Source of the DNA: a virus
Lineage: Duplodnaviria; Caudoviricetes
DNA length: 24,653 nt
Virus record (IMG/VR): IMGVR_UViG_3300025274_000064
Coordinates: 1 to 24,653 of that record
Reading direction: 5' to 3' (one strand)
The notes under the pieces: model-generated
Seen by the model: the letters and a program-made list of their open reading frames with translations, nothing else
What the model was told of the DNA's origin: nothing
Databases searched by the model: none
Shown: positions 24,652 through 24,653 of the stretch, one piece after another
How positions within the stretch are numbered: the first letter of the stretch is position 1
Layout of the letters: every line of letters starts with the position of its first letter
Translations under genes and position numbers: made by a program

Positions 24652-24653
24652 CG

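Noticed and set aside
1-24653. Many plus-strand ORFs, e.g. 3969-4919 (316 aa) and 9027-9638
   Set aside because: Antisense shadows of well-supported minus-strand genes in GC-rich DNA; no motifs or RBS context.

Overview
This is a continuous segment of a tailed (Caudoviricetes) phage or prophage. Essentially all real genes lie on the minus strand. Read right to left in transcription order it contains: a promoter with a structured leader; an SNF2-like helicase fused to an N4/N6 DNA methyltransferase; an HTH replication initiator; a DnaC/IstB-like loader; DUF5131 (Gp37Gp68); RusA; SAM decarboxylase; terS; accessory genes including a PAPS-reductase-family protein; terL; a LuxR HTH; an SPP1-type portal; MuF with an ADP-ribosyltransferase toxin tail; an HExxH protein; a DUF2292-like protein; scaffold; decoration protein; a Mu gpT-type major capsid; a beta-helix protein; head-tail connectors; and a Com-like zinc finger. 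Five features stand out. (1) A complete HNH endonuclease gene with its own leaderless-type TATAAT promoter is hidden in a second reading frame inside DUF5131, whose own frame stays open, so the insertion is dual-coding with no evident intron or intein. (2) A Com-like gene is followed by GAG(N1-2)CC repeats that overlap a terminator, a candidate protein-dependent antitermination switch. (3) Two in-frame UGA codons are each followed by a hairpin, which could mean recoding, decay or sequencing error. (4) The beta-helix protein has a membrane-anchored double-glycine leader. (5) MuF carries an ART toxin. All family calls come from motif recognition by eye; no searches were run and the host is not determined.
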